DNA of 64,000 nucleotides from Priapulus caudatus (lineage: Eukaryota). The DNA is taken from NCBI RefSeq assembly GCF_000485595.1, contig NW_014577075.1, positions 306,235 through 370,234 of the forward strand, given 5' to 3'. Positions 39,421-53,591 of the stretch are shown here, piece after piece; the first letter of the stretch is position 1, and the number at the start of each line of letters is the position of its first letter. The notes below the pieces were generated by a model. That model was not told the DNA's origin, made no database searches, and saw only the letters and a list, made by a program, of their open reading frames with translations. Made by a program: the position numbers and the translations under genes.

Positions 39421-39690
39421 CGCTGTGACACGGCGCGGACGGTGACGTTTGCGCGTGTGCGACTTATTGCGCTGTGACGCGCGGACGGTGATGTTGCGCT
39501 GTGACACGGCGCGACGTGAATCGTTTGCGGCTGTGATCACGGCGCGGACGAGTATAGTTGCGCTGTGACACGGCGCGGACGGTGATGTTTGCGCTGTGAC
39601 ACGGCGCGGACGGTGATGTTTGCGCTGTGACACGGCGCGGACGTGATGTTTGCGCTGTGACACGTCGCGGCGGACGGTGATGTTTCTGTG
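39421..39690. repeat. ~31-bp minisatellite (GCGCTGTGACACGGCGCGGACGGTGATGTTT)
   Basis: About 8 copies, degenerate towards the left. Confidence 0.9.
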
Positions 39691-40345
39691 CGCGGGGTAT
39701 TTGCACACGCCGACTTGATAGTTTTGCGCTGAAATTAGGAGGGGGAGGTACGTGAGTGTTGTGAGGCAGGCGGGGAGGAGAAACAAATGAAAGGGAGGTA
39801 GTAGAAGAGAATGACGCAATACGTTTGAAGCAGAAGTAGGAGGGCTCAAGGAGAAGAGCTGCAGGCAGCAGTGAGGAGAGGGAGGAGGAGAGCCAATAGT
39901 TGGATATGCGAGAAGAGAGCTGCAGCTACAGAGGAGCCAAGGAGGATGAAGAAGTAGGAGGAAAAAATGATGGAGAGGAGGAGGAGCACGTCAGCAGTTT
40001 GGCGTTTGAGAGGATTTGGAGAGTTAGGAGGCGAATTCAAATCGCAACCACAAGTCTCAAGATGAGCCAGCGGCAGGTGTGGGCGGACCGCGTGAATTCC
40101 ACACATGAGCTATTAAATAGCGCAGGTGAACAGAACAGAACGTTGCTCCAAAATGGTACATCTGGTGGCTACGTTAGGGGAAAAAACCAGGGGGGGCTGC
40201 AGGAAATATGGCGTTTAGACGAAACTAGCTGTTGCTCGTGACTGCGGAGAGTCGATATAGCATCTCGCCTGAGTTCTCCCTACTCCGCTAACCCTTGTCT
40301 CGACGCCAGATACAACGCGTAACTGTTTCTCTCTCTGCTCTCTCC

Positions 40346-40392
<47 letters not shown>

Positions 40393-43300
40393 TCCACGTC
40401 TCTCTCGTGATGTTGAAGGGACAATGCGACGTCCTGTTACCCCAGACCGCTGCTGAATCGGTGCATTATCGAAAATTGCCTCCAATCAGCTTGCTGCCTG
40501 GCTTCATGCATAATGGACTGCAAGTTTTACCTTATATCTGAGAATATTCTCGTGTATCGCATAGGTGTCGTCAAAGTGTACCATCAGTATAATTATATAT
40601 ATAATATATAGATATATAATATATTATATATATATTATATATATATATAAAGGCGACGACACTATATACGTCTGCCACTTCTAGTGGGTTCAGAGCGTTT
40701 TCGACTTCCAGACTGTAGCAGTGTTTATGTCGAAGTGCATAGACAGTATTGGCAGTCAAAGCAAGGCATATAAGGTAGCCAATGTTATTGAAAAGGAGGA
40801 GACGAGGGGGACGCGGCAGCAGGTATATCATTGGTACCAGTCAAGTTCTTGTATCACAAGCTCCAATTTATTCGCATTCTTGAAAGCCGCTGCTATTTGT
40901 CGTAGGTGATGTTCGGTTGCGACGTCGTCCTGTCACTTACAAGTGTGTAGTCTTAAGTAACGCGGGTTCCGTGAGAATGAGCATGCACGGTCTTGGTATC
41001 GCGAACTTGAAGTCACGCGCGCTACTGCGGTGCCGCCGTTATCGATGTCTTACCGGGAGATGTTCGGCGGCACGTTGATGGACGCAATTGCTGGGGTTAT
41101 GGGACGGCGCTGGTTTTGCGGGATGCTGGGTTATGGGGACCGTGGGTTGGCGGGATGCTGGGTTATGGGTATGCCGCTGGGTTGTGGGATGCCTGGGTTA
41201 GTGGGGTCCGCTGGTTGTGGATGCTGGGGTTATTGGGTACCGGCTGGTTGTGGGATGCTGGGTATGGGTATCCCGCGGGCCGCTTGTGGGATGCTGGGGT
41301 TATGGGGACAGCGTCTGGATGTGGACTGCATCGGCGGTTATGGGTATCCGCGGCTGGGGGGTTGTGGGATGCCCTGGGGTTTTTGTATGGGTACCGGCTA
41401 GGGTTGGGAGCTGGGGTTATGCGGTACCGCTCGGGCTTAGCGGGATGCGGGGTTATGGGTACGCTGGGCCTTGCTGGGATACTGGGTGGTATAGTGTAGC
41501 CTGGGCTGCGGGTGTATGTGGGATGCGCTGGGGTTGATGGTACGCCAGGGCGTCGTGGTGCTGGGCGATGCTGGGGTTATGGGAGCGCCGCGGGACCGGC
41601 CGCGTGGGGGTGGGCCTTAGTGGGAGTGAGCTGGGGCTTAGTGGGTACCGCGTGGATGTGCGGGTATCGCGTGGGGATTCGGTTGTGGGACCGCGCGTGG
41701 TTGTTGCTGGGATCGCCTAGGGGGGATTATGAGGGAGCGCGGCTGGGTCTGGTGCGGGATGCTCTGCGAGCGCTCTCCGTGAGTGGAGTGCTGGGGCAGC
41801 CATCCGGGCGTACATTGCGTTGGTCGAGTTGCCGGGAACGAGGTTGGACGTGCGCGGCGCCGATGTTAGGCGCACAGCGGCAGATGTCTTGGTTGTTGCT
41901 TGCCCGGCTCTCCGTGGCCGTTCATTCTCCTGACGCTCTCAGCATACATAGTTATCCGCGGTCAGCTGGCTGGGATACCACGGGCGTTTTGTGTGAGCGC
42001 GAATATGACGCCTAGGGGGACGAAAAAAGACCTCGCCCCGGTCATTGGATGCCTGGCTTACTCTTGCGGCAGAAATTGCGCCGACGAAGACCCATCCGCC
42101 CGCATGTGGTACCGCCGAGCAGCAGTTTTTTCGCCGTGCACGCGCCTCCCGGGCGCCCACTCTGCTCCTTAGATCCCCGCGATCGTGTTCCTGGTGTTTC
42201 ACATGGCCGCGTGTCGTAGCACGTCGTGCGGCCTTAATGGCAGTCCAGCTTCCGCCCCAGGCTCCTCCCGTACACCCGCTTAGCGCACAAAGACGGATCA
42301 CGCCTCCGCTCGGCCCCCCGTCGCGGTCACTTAAGCCGCGAAAAACATACGCGCCTTAATTTGTGTAGGGACACGCCAGCCGGTCCGCGCGCGAGCGATG
42401 CCAAAGGCTTAACACGACTGTGCCGGCGCCGGTGTGTAGCCGGGATAAGATGGCGCATTCGGTCGCTCACGGGCGGTCCGTGCAGGGCGTCAACGATGCA
42501 CAAACGGACGGGGGCCGTTTTGCTCGTCGTCGCGCCGTAGCAACCGGCGTGCGAAAAAATTGATCAACACAGCTGGGGAGCCAAGTGGGTGTGACGCCGG
42601 TGGGTTGGAATTGGAATCCCGCTGTGGCGCATCGCGCGAGGAAAGCTACGGAGTATGGCGGTGCGTAACGTGCCGAGAAGCGTGGGATGCTCAGAGAACT
42701 ACTCTGTTTGTCAGCCGCGCTACTAGCAGGTGAGAGCCGTAGACGATAGCTGCAGAAGAAACTAACTGGCTGTCATGCGCTACGCAGTGGCGAGAAGCGT
42801 GATGCTCAGAAAACTGTACTCTTGTCAGCGCTACGCCACTAGGCAGTGAGAGGCGTGGTATGCTCAGAGAAACTACTGCTTCAGCGCTACTGGCAGTGAG
42901 AGCGTGGATGCTCAGAGGTAGCTCCCCACCATGTCAGCGCTAACTGGCAGTGAGAGCGGTGACGTCAAAGAGAACACGATGCCAGCGTAACCTGTTGGTG
43001 GAGGGCTTCGAATCCTGCCAACTTCGAAGCATCTAGTTCCTATCCAATCTAGAACATCCCATTTCGCGCGCTTGTCGCGTTGAATCTTTGCTGCACTTTT
43101 CTAGTTCTCCGCGCGGCCGGCGCTCTCAATTTGTGTAGCAAAAAGCACGGGATTTATTCACGTGCAGCATATCGTAAAATGAGACCTAGTATAATTATGG
43201 GCTGAGATTAAGAGCGCCGGAGGCACACCAAAACACCACACGCCAGGGGGGCCGTCGAGTGAGCTGAAGGACCGCCGACGAAACCTCACTCTCGCTCGCC

Positions 43301-43703
43301 CGGGATGGCAGAAGTATATACACTAATTACAATACAAAATACTACGCGCCCGACGGGCAGGAACCGCATGAAGAATGCAGCGGGTCGGTGACCGCGCGGC
43401 CAGGGGCCCGAGGCGCGGCCGGGCACGTCACGCGTAGGCTTAGGGTACGATTCAGCGTAACAGGTAGTGCGTAAGCAGAGGTAGGTGCGTAACAGGGTAG
43501 GTAGCCGTACAGGGTAAGTGCATAAGTATACTCGGTTGAGTCGCGCGACTATATGGGTAATGAGTAGTCAGGGTAAAACACTACGGGGTAATGCTGTAGA
43601 CAAGGGTAAAAAAATGACGGGTTAAGGTGCGTACAGGGTAAACAACAATAGCGAGGGTAATCGTAACAGGGTCAAGAACAATTCACGGGGAATNNNNNNN
43701 NNN

Positions 43704-44030
43704 GCTGGGGGTATGGGGGGGCCGCTGGGTCGCGGCATGCTGGGGTTATGGGTACCGCTGGGTTGCGGGACGCTGGGGGTATGGGGGGGCCGCTGGGTCG
43801 CGGCATGCTGGGGTTATGGGTACCGCTGGGTTGCGGGACGCTGGGGGTATGGGGGGGCCGCTGGGTCGCGGCATGCTGGGGTTATGGGTACCGCTGGGTT
43901 GCGGGACGCTGGGGGTATGGGGGGGCCGCTGGGTCGCGGCATGCTGGGGTTATGGGGACCGCTGGGTCGCGGGATGCTGGGGTTATGGGGGGATGCTGGG
44001 GTTATGGGGACCGCTGGGTTGCGGGATGCT
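43704..44030. repeat. 32-bp alternating GC-rich minisatellite (GCTGGGGTTATGGGTACCGCTGGGTTGCGGGA)
   Basis: Clean copies here; noisy versions at ~41090-41750 and ~46160-46820. Confidence 0.9.
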
Positions 44031-44737
44031 TGCATCCGTTGGATGCTGGGAGCCATCCGCGTACATTGTTGTCGGTAACAGTTGGATGCGGGCGCCATGT
44101 TAGCGCACAGCGCAATTATTGCTTCCTGACGCTCTCAGCATAATAGGTTATCGCAGTACTCTGGGGATACCACCGTTTTTGTGGGCGGAATACTGACAGC
44201 TAGGGGGACGAAAAAAAACTCGCCGTATTTGTTATTGCAGAATTTGCGGCCGCATCCCGCCGCATGTGTACCCGAGAGCAGTTTTTCCGTGCGCGCTCGC
44301 GCGTAGTTGCTCTTATCCCGCGATTTGTTCTGTTTTCACTGGCCGCTGCTGCACGTGTGCGCTTAATGGCATCCAGCTTCCGCCAGCTCCGTAACCCTTG
44401 CACAAAGACGACGCCTCGCTGGCCCCCGTCGCGTACTTAAGCCGCGAAAAAATACGCCTTAATTTGTGTAGGGACCCCAGCCGGTCCGCGCGCGAGCGAT
44501 GCCAAAGGCTTAACACATGTGCCGCGCCGGTGTGTAGCGGGATAATGGCGGCATTCGGGTCGCCAGCGGTCGGCAGGGTCACGCTGACAAAGGACGGGGC
44601 CGTTTGTCGTCGGTCGCGCAGCGGCGTGGAAAAAATTGTCACAGCTGGGGAACGGAAGTGGGTGTGACGCGGTGGGTTGGTTGGAATCCGCTGTGCGCAT
44701 GCGCGAGGAAGCTACGAGGATGCGGTGGCGTACGTGC

Positions 44738-44875
44738 GAGAGCGTGGATGCTCAGAGGAACTACTCTGTCAGCGCTACTAGCAGTGAGAGCGTGGATGCT
44801 CAGAGAAACTACTCTGTCAGCGCTACTGGCAGTGAGAGCGTGGATGCTCAGAGAAACTACTCTTGTCAGCGCTAC
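44738..44875. repeat. ~48-bp tandem repeat (GAGAGCGTGGATGCTCAGAGAAACTACTCTGTCAGCGCTACTGGCAGT)
   Basis: 3 copies here; also at 48790-48900 and in noisy form at ~42675-42990 and ~47745-48060. Confidence 0.9.
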
Positions 44876-45424
44876 AGCGGGGGAGGAAGAAACAAAATGA
44901 AAGGAGGAGGTAGAGAAGGAGAATGACGCAATGACGTTGGAAGGAAGAGGAGGAGTAAGAGGAGGGCTCAAGGAGGAGGAGCTGCAGCAGCAGGAGGAGG
45001 AGAGGGAGGAGGAGGAGCAGCATAGTTGGATATGCGATGAAGGAGAGCTGCAGCTACAGGAGGAGCCAAGGAGGAGAAGAAGTAGGAGGAGGAGGAGGAG
45101 CAGCAGCAGTTGGCGGTTGGAGGAGTTGGAGGAGTAGGAGGGGAATCAAATCGCCAAACCAAGTCTCAAGATGAGCGGGCAGGTGTGCGGCCCGCGTGAA
45201 TTCCCACATCGAGCTATTAATTAGCAGGTGAAACGACGAAAGGTGCTCAAAAATGGTACACTGTTGGCTACGTTAGGGGAAAAAACAAGGGGCTGCAGTG
45301 AGAAATATGGCGTTAGACGAACTGCTGGTTGTCGTACTGCGAGAGTCGGTATACATCTCCGCTGAGTTCTCCCTACTCCGTAACCCTTTCTCGACCGCCA
45401 GATACAACGCGTAACTGTTTGCTC

Positions 45425-45479
<55 letters not shown>

Positions 45480-48400
45480 CTCTCTCTGATGTTGAGGGAC
45501 AATCGACGTCCTGTTACCCCACCGCTGCTGAATCGGTGCATTATCCGAAAATTGCCTCCAATCAGTTGTGCCTGGTTCATGCATAATGGACTGCAAGTTT
45601 TACTTATATCTGAGAATATTCTCGTGTATTGCATAGGTGTAGTCAAAGTGTACCTCAGTATAATTATATATATAATATATAGATATATAATATATTATAT
45701 ATATATTATATATATATATAAAGGCGACGACACTATATACGTCTGCCACTTCTAGTGGGTTCAGAGCGTTTTCGACTTCCAGACTGTAGCAGTGTTTATG
45801 TCGAAGTGCATAGACAGTATTGGCAGTCAAAGCAAGGCATATAAGGTAGCCAATGTTATTGAAAAGGAGGAGACGAGGGGGACGCGGCAGCAGGTATATC
45901 ATTGGTACCAGTCAAGTTCTTGTATCACAAGCTCCAATTTATTCGCATTCTTGAAAGCCGCTGCTATTTGTCGTAGGTGATGTTCGGTTGCGACGTCGTC
46001 CTGTCACTTACAAGTGTGTAGTCTTAAGTAACGCGGGTTCCGTGAGAATGAGCATGCACGGTCTTGGTATCGCGAACTTGAAGTCACGCGCGCTACTGCG
46101 GTGCCGCCGTTATCGATGTCTTACCGGGAGATGTTCGGCGGCACGTTGATGGACGCAATTGCTGGGGTTATGGGACGGCGCTGGTTTTGCGGGATGCTGG
46201 GTTATGGGGACCGTGGGTTGGCGGGATGCTGGGTTATGGGTATGCCGCTGGGTTGTGGGATGCCTGGGTTAGTGGGGTCCGCTGGTTGTGGATGCTGGGG
46301 TTATTGGGTACCGGCTGGTTGTGGGATGCTGGGTATGGGTATCCCGCGGGCCGCTTGTGGGATGCTGGGGTTATGGGGACAGCGTCTGGATGTGGACTGC
46401 ATCGGCGGTTATGGGTATCCGCGGCTGGGGGGTTGTGGGATGCCCTGGGGTTTTTGTATGGGTACCGGCTAGGGTTGGGAGCTGGGGTTATGCGGTACCG
46501 CTCGGGCTTAGCGGGATGCGGGGTTATGGGTACGCTGGGCCTTGCTGGGATACTGGGTGGTATAGTGTAGCCTGGGCTGCGGGTGTATGTGGGATGCGCT
46601 GGGGTTGATGGTACGCCAGGGCGTCGTGGTGCTGGGCGATGCTGGGGTTATGGGAGCGCCGCGGGACCGGCCGCGTGGGGGTGGGCCTTAGTGGGAGTGA
46701 GCTGGGGCTTAGTGGGTACCGCGTGGATGTGCGGGTATCGCGTGGGGATTCGGTTGTGGGACCGCGCGTGGTTGTTGCTGGGATCGCCTAGGGGGGATTA
46801 TGAGGGAGCGCGGCTGGGTCTGGTGCGGGATGCTCTGCGAGCGCTCTCCGTGAGTGGAGTGCTGGGGCAGCCATCCGGGCGTACATTGCGTTGGTCGAGT
46901 TGCCGGGAACGAGGTTGGACGTGCGCGGCGCCGATGTTAGGCGCACAGCGGCAGATGTCTTGGTTGTTGCTTGCCCGGCTCTCCGTGGCCGTTCATTCTC
47001 CTGACGCTCTCAGCATACATAGTTATCCGCGGTCAGCTGGCTGGGATACCACGGGCGTTTTGTGTGAGCGCGAATATGACGCCTAGGGGGACGAAAAAAG
47101 ACCTCGCCCCGGTCATTGGATGCCTGGCTTACTCTTGCGGCAGAAATTGCGCCGACGAAGACCCATCCGCCCGCATGTGGTACCGCCGAGCAGCAGTTTT
47201 TTCGCCGTGCACGCGCCTCCCGGGCGCCCACTCTGCTCCTTAGATCCCCGCGATCGTGTTCCTGGTGTTTCACATGGCCGCGTGTCGTAGCACGTCGTGC
47301 GGCCTTAATGGCAGTCCAGCTTCCGCCCCAGGCTCCTCCCGTACACCCGCTTAGCGCACAAAGACGGATCACGCCTCCGCTCGGCCCCCCGTCGCGGTCA
47401 CTTAAGCCGCGAAAAACATACGCGCCTTAATTTGTGTAGGGACACGCCAGCCGGTCCGCGCGCGAGCGATGCCAAAGGCTTAACACGACTGTGCCGGCGC
47501 CGGTGTGTAGCCGGGATAAGATGGCGCATTCGGTCGCTCACGGGCGGTCCGTGCAGGGCGTCAACGATGCACAAACGGACGGGGGCCGTTTTGCTCGTCG
47601 TCGCGCCGTAGCAACCGGCGTGCGAAAAAATTGATCAACACAGCTGGGGAGCCAAGTGGGTGTGACGCCGGTGGGTTGGAATTGGAATCCCGCTGTGGCG
47701 CATCGCGCGAGGAAAGCTACGGAGTATGGCGGTGCGTAACGTGCCGAGAAGCGTGGGATGCTCAGAGAACTACTCTGTTTGTCAGCCGCGCTACTAGCAG
47801 GTGAGAGCCGTAGACGATAGCTGCAGAAGAAACTAACTGGCTGTCATGCGCTACGCAGTGGCGAGAAGCGTGATGCTCAGAAAACTGTACTCTTGTCAGC
47901 GCTACGCCACTAGGCAGTGAGAGGCGTGGTATGCTCAGAGAAACTACTGCTTCAGCGCTACTGGCAGTGAGAGCGTGGATGCTCAGAGGTAGCTCCCCAC
48001 CATGTCAGCGCTAACTGGCAGTGAGAGCGGTGACGTCAAAGAGAACACGATGCCAGCGTAACCTGTTGGTGGAGGGCTTCGAATCCTGCCAACTTCGAAG
48101 CATCTAGTTCCTATCCAATCTAGAACATCCCATTTCGCGCGCTTGTCGCGTTGAATCTTTGCTGCACTTTTCTAGTTCTCCGCGCGGCCGGCGCTCTCAA
48201 TTTGTGTAGCAAAAAGCACGGGATTTATTCACGTGCAGCATATCGTAAAATGAGACCTAGTATAATTATGGGCTGAGATTAAGAGCGCCGGAGGCACACC
48301 AAAACACCACACGCCAGGGGGGCCGTCGAGTGAGCTGAAGGACCGCCGACGAAACCTCACTCTCGCTCGCCCGGGATGGCAGAAGTATATACACTAATTA

Positions 48401-49260
48401 CAATACAAAATACTACGCGCCCGACGGGCAGGAACCGCATGAAGAATGCAGCGGGTCGGTGACCGCGCGGCCAGGGGCCCGAGGCGCGGCCGGGCACGTC
48501 ACGCGTAGGCTTAGGGTACGATTCAGCGTAACAGGTAGTGCGTAAGCAGAGGTAGGTGCGTAACAGGGTAGGTAGCCGTACAGGGTAAGTGCATAAGTAT
48601 ACTCGGTTGAGTCGCGCGACTATATGGGTAATGAGTAGTCAGGGTAAAACACTACGGGGTAATGCTGTAGACAAGGGTAAAAAAATGACGGGTTAAGGTG
48701 CGTACAGGGTAAACAACAATAGCGAGGGTAATCGTAACAGGGTCAAGAACAATTCACGGGGAATNNNNNNNNNNNNNNNNNNNNNNNNNTGTCAGCGCTA
48801 CTGGCAGTGAGAGCGTGGATGCTCAGAGGTACTACTCTGTCAGCGCTACTGGCAGTGAGAGCGTGGACGCTCAGAGGAACCACGATGTCAGCGCTACCTG
48901 TTGGTGGCGAGGGGCTTCGAATCCTGCCAACTTTCGAACATCTAGCATTTCGCCTTGTCGCGTTGAACTTTGGCTGCACTTTCTAGTTCTCGCGCGGGCC
49001 GGCGCTCTCATTTGTGTAGCAAAATACACGGGATTATTCACGTGAGCATATCGTAAATGATGACTAGTATATATGGGCTGAGATTAAGAGCGCCCAGGGC
49101 ACACACACACACACGCAGCTCGATAACAAGACCCCGAAACGCATTCGCCGATGCAGAAGTGATATACACTAATACAAATACATAATATAGCCCGGGGAAC
49201 GCATGCTAATGGCAGCGGTGGTGACGGCGGGCCAGGGGCCAGGGGCCGGGCCACGGTCAC

Positions 49261-49485
49261 GCGTAACAGGGTAGTGCGTAACAGGGTAGTGCGTAACAGG
49301 GTAGTGCGTAACAGGGTAGTGCATATCTTGGTAGTGCATATATGGGTAATGAGTAGCAGGGTAAAACACTACGGGGTAATGCGTAACAGGGTAAAACAAT
49401 ACGGGTTAATGCGTAACAGGGTAAAACAATACGGGGTAATGCGTAACAGGGTAAAACAATACGGGGTAATGCGTAACAGGGTAAA
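49261..49485. repeat. 15-bp (GCGTAACAGGGTAGT) and 30-bp derivative tandem repeats running into a gap
   Basis: Direct reading. Confidence 0.9.
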
Positions 49486-50187
49486 NNNNNNNNNNNNNNN
49501 NNNNNNNNNNNNNNNNNNNNNNNNNNNNNNNNNNNNNNNNNNNNNNNNNNNNNNNNNNNNNNNNNNNNNNNNNNNNNNNNNNNNNNNNNNNNNNNNNNNN
49601 NNNNNNNNNNNNNNNNNNNNNNNNNNNNNNNNNNNNNNNNNNNNNNNNNNNNNNNNNNNNNNNNNNNNNNNNNNNNNNNNNNNNNNNNNNNNNNNNNNNN
49701 NNNNNNNNNNNNNNNNNNNNNNNNNNNNNNNNNNNNNNNNNNNNNNNNNNNNNNNNNNNNNNNNNNNNNNNNNNNNNNNNNNNNNNNNNNNNNNNNNNNN
49801 NNNNNNNNNNNNNNNNNNNNNNNNNNNNNNNNNNNNNNNNNNNNNNNNNNNNNNNNNNNNNNNNNNNNNNNNNNNNNNNNNNNNNNNNNNNNNNNNNNNN
49901 NNNNNNNNNNNNNNNNNNNNNNNNNNNNNNNNNNNNNNNNNNNNNNNNNNNNNNNNNNNNNNNNNNNNNNNNNNNNNNNNNNNNNNNNNNNNNNNNNNNN
50001 NNNNNNNNNNNNNNNNNNNNNNNNNNNNNNNNNNNNNNNNNNNNNNNNNNNNNNNNNNNNNNNNNNNNNNNNNNNNNNNNNNNNNNNNNNNNNNNNNNNN
50101 NNNNNNNNNNNNNNNNNNNNNNNNNNNNNNNNNNNNNNNNNNNNNNNNNNNNNNNNNNNNNNNNNNNNNNNNNNNNNNNNNNNNNNN

Positions 50188-50620
50188 GTGAGGTGAAATG
50201 TGGTGAGGGTGGGATGAGGTGAGGTGAGGTGCGGTGGGGTGAGGGTGGGGTGGGGTGATGTGAGGTGAAATGTGGTGAGGGTGGGATGAGGTGAGGTGAG
50301 GTGCGGTGGGGTGAGGGTGGGTGGGTGATGTGAGGTGAGGGTGGGATGAGGTTAGGTGAGGTGCGGTGGGGTGAGGGTGGGGTGGGGTGATGTGAGGTGA
50401 AATGTGGTGAGGGTGGGATGAGGTGAGGTGAAGTACGGTGGGGTGGAGATGGAATGAGGGTAGGTGAGGTGCGGTGCGGTGTGGTAAGGGTGCATGGGGT
50501 GAGGTGAGGTTAGTCTAGATAAGGTGAGACGTGGTAGGGGTGGGTGGGGTGCAGGTGGGATGATGTCAGGTGTGGTAAGAGTGGGGTGAGGTGAGGGAGG
50601 TGGAGTAGGATGAGGTAGGT
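50188..50620. repeat. (GTGAG/GTGGG)n-based G-rich repeat with ~63-bp higher-order unit
   Basis: GTGAGGTGAAATGTGGTGAGGGTGGGATGAG recurs and decays to the right. Confidence 0.85.
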
Positions 50621-50967
50621 ATATAATGAAATGCGGTGATGTGGACTCTGAAGGAGTAGGTTAGAGCGTATCGAGGCTGCTAGAGCTGGCGTGGTGTGGG
50701 GGTAGGCATGGGGTAATGGTAACCCGACGTGGTGTGGCGTGATGGTGCGGTAGAATGGTGTGGCGTGGTTGGGGGTGAGGTTGAGTGTGGTGATGGGTGT
50801 GGGAACGTAGTTTTAATGCCGGTGCCGGCGACGTCGTATGTTGCCTCGACCCAGCAGGTGTCCTCGCGCACAACGTGCTCAGGTGGATGGGCGCGGCAGG
50901 TGCAGCCTACACCGTCGGCGACTACGTGCGTGTACACGGTGAGACGCGACACGTACGTCGAAGCCTG

Positions 50968-51589
50968 GAGCCCGTTGTCAGAAACATCGTAAAGTTAAAT
51001 GTTAATGCTTAAGATAGCACTTACGACTAATGTACTAATGTTACCGAGAATCGCGTTGACAGAAACGCATCGCAGCTATGAGAAAACTTGATTTGCTGTC
51101 ACAATGCGGCTGATTTGATGAGAATCAATCGCAAAACTTAACTTCATACATATTTATTGTACATCACAGCAATTTATGTACATTATGATGGTTAACCACA
51201 TATAAATAATATCTGGTGAAAAAACGACAGGTTCATGAATTTATTCTGCACAGCGCGCGAAGGACGCGAGCGACATGACTCATCAAAATATCCCAGACAA
51301 GAGAGCAAACGCCACTTGTATACGTTTGTCAAAATTGTTATGGTAAACGATCGGCAGATAAGTAGTTTTTCTAACGTGTATTCTAGGAAAAACACAAGTT
51401 TTACTAATGAATATAAAATATAATATCACTATAATTGCAATATTTTGAGCAATTGTGTTATTTTCATTTTGGTTTTAAAGTTACGAGAAAGTCTAGGATC
51501 TCGTAATGTTAAGCGAGAATTTGCTGGGATTTTTCATTCTCGTAACTTACGATGTACGATGTATTTACGATGTTTTCGTCAACGGTGGA
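50968..51589. mobile_element. Degenerate MITE, possibly PIF/Harbinger-like
   Basis: Imperfect TIR CCGTTGTCAGAAACATCGTAAA / TTTACGATGTTTTCGTCAACGG around an AT-rich interior. No clear TSD. Confidence 0.45.
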
Positions 51590-51857
51590 GGAATCGAAGT
51601 TTATGTTAAGACTGATTTTGTTTCTGACAACGTGTCCCTGATATGCGCTATGTCGGTGTGCGGGTTCTTCTGGCGCGCTGTTTCCGCGTGTGTTGAATAA
51701 TTGAAAAAATAAGCTTGTCGTCAGGCGGTGTTGCGTGCATGTAGCGATTCCACGTGATGAATCCAACATACCCACACACTGTGAGCTAGCATCTTATTGG
51801 GTAAACGTTGATGGGTGCGTTGGGCGGAGCGATGCTGTCTATGTATGGCAGTGTACA

Positions 51858-52497
51858 GGTATGACAGTATGCAGTTATATAGCCCTGTGTGTAGGTATGA
51901 CAGTATGCAGGTATAGCACTGTGTGTAGGTAGGACAGTATGCAGGTATAGCACTGTGTGTAGGTATGCAGGTATAGCACTGTGTGTAGGTAGGACAGTAT
52001 GCCGGTATAGCCCTGTGTGTAGGTATGCAGGTATAGCACTGTGTGTAGGTATGCAGGTATAGCACTGTGTGTAGGTAGGACAGTATGCCGGTATAGCCCT
52101 GTGTGTAGGTATGACAGTATGCAGGTATAGCACTGTGTGTAGGTATGACAGTATGCAGGTATAGCACTGTGTGTAGGTAGGACAGTATGCAGTTATAGCA
52201 CTGTGTGTAGGTATGACAGTATGCAGGTATAGCACTGTGTGTAGGTAGGACAGTATGCAGGTATAGCACTGTGTGTAGGTATGACAGTATGCAGGTATAG
52301 CACTGTGTGTAGGTATGACAGCAGGTATAGCACTGTGTGTAGGTATGCAGGTATAGCACTGTGTGTAGGTAGGACAGTATGCCGGTATAGCACTGTGTGT
52401 AGGTATGCAGGTATAGCACTGTGTGTAGGTATGCAGGTATAGCACTGTGTGTAGGTAGGACAGTATGCCGGTATAGCCCTGTGTATAGGTAGGACAG
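51858..52497. repeat. 34/26-bp minisatellite (GTATGCAGGTATAGCACTGTGTGTAG[GTAGGACA]), about 20 copies
   Basis: Head-to-tail units with an optional 8-bp block. Confidence 0.95.
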
Positions 52498-52916
52498 TGT
52501 ATAGGTGTGCTCTACGCCTGTCGATGGAGGGTGACAGCATTTTGTTTGCCGAGACAACAAACGCAGCCGCCCATGTTCGCAGGGAAAAAGTCCGCGTTCG
52601 TAGACTGGCGAGCGAATTCCTTCAATATTATTCATCGCTGCCCGTAATGGCGAGAGCACATGATAGAAGCTGTTCTGGCAGCGTCTTGAAACGTTTGAGA
52701 TGCCGCGGTACCTTAGTGTTGGCTGGTGGATTCATGCGCACGCGCACGTGCGTGCTCGCGTACGTGCATGCAAACGCACGTTCACGCGTGTCTGCATGCG
52801 TGCGTGCGTGCATGCGCACGTGCAAACGCACGTTCACGCGTGTCTGGATGGGTGCGTGCGTGCGTGTGTGCGTGCGCGCGTGCGCACGTGCAAACGCACG
52901 TTCACGCGTGTCTGCA

Positions 52917-52957
<41 letters not shown>

Positions 52958-53531
52958 GTGTCTCTGCATGCGTGCATTCGTGCGAACGTGCGTGATCAGT
53001 GAGTGGGTGAATGAGTGAGTGAGTGAGCGCGCGTTAATTGCTTGCTGGTTTGCCTCTCTGCACGTCTGTACGCACCTATGTGTTCCTACCTGCTTGCGCG
53101 CGCGTGCGTGCGTGCGTTCGTGCGTGCGTGCGTGCGTTCGTGCGTGTGTACTCAACATGCAGCGCACGCGCGCGCGGCTGCGTGTAGCACAGGTGTGTTT
53201 ACGCAACAGCCAGTGTCTCCATCCATCATCGTACCCTATACCGGCCAGCATGGTGACGCTCTCTCTCGCGAACCGCCGTGCTCGAGCTCCCTCCCGCTCT
53301 ACATTTCTTTTTTAGGAAGAAGGGGGGGTGGCGATTTTAATCTGCGCTGGGGCGGTCGTTCGTGACGTGAGCGCGCGCGCGCGCATCCGCATGCACTCGT
53401 CGCAGCCTGGCGGCGGCGTTGTCTCTTTATTGTCTCGCAGAAACGAGAGGAAACCGCGTCGAGAATGGCTTTCTCTGCATGCGCGAACGAGCATACTAGA
53501 ACCTCTGTGCTCGCTCCGTGTTGTTGGTCTC

Positions 53532-53532
<1 letters not shown>

Positions 53533-53566
<34 letters not shown>

Positions 53567-53591
53567 ATGCTGATGATGATACTGCTGATAC

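Larger units (their letters stand above)
40585..48764. repeat. Direct duplication: 40585-43693 repeated at 45656-48764 (offset 5071)
   Basis: The ORF track is identical at offset 5071 (e.g. 41030 and 46101). Both copies end at the same base, immediately before an N gap. Confidence 0.95.

Noticed and set aside
48901..48935. tRNA T-arm/B-box-like GGCTTCGAATCC (also GGTTCGAATCC at ~21669)
   Set aside because: No cloverleaf, acceptor stem or correctly spaced A box.
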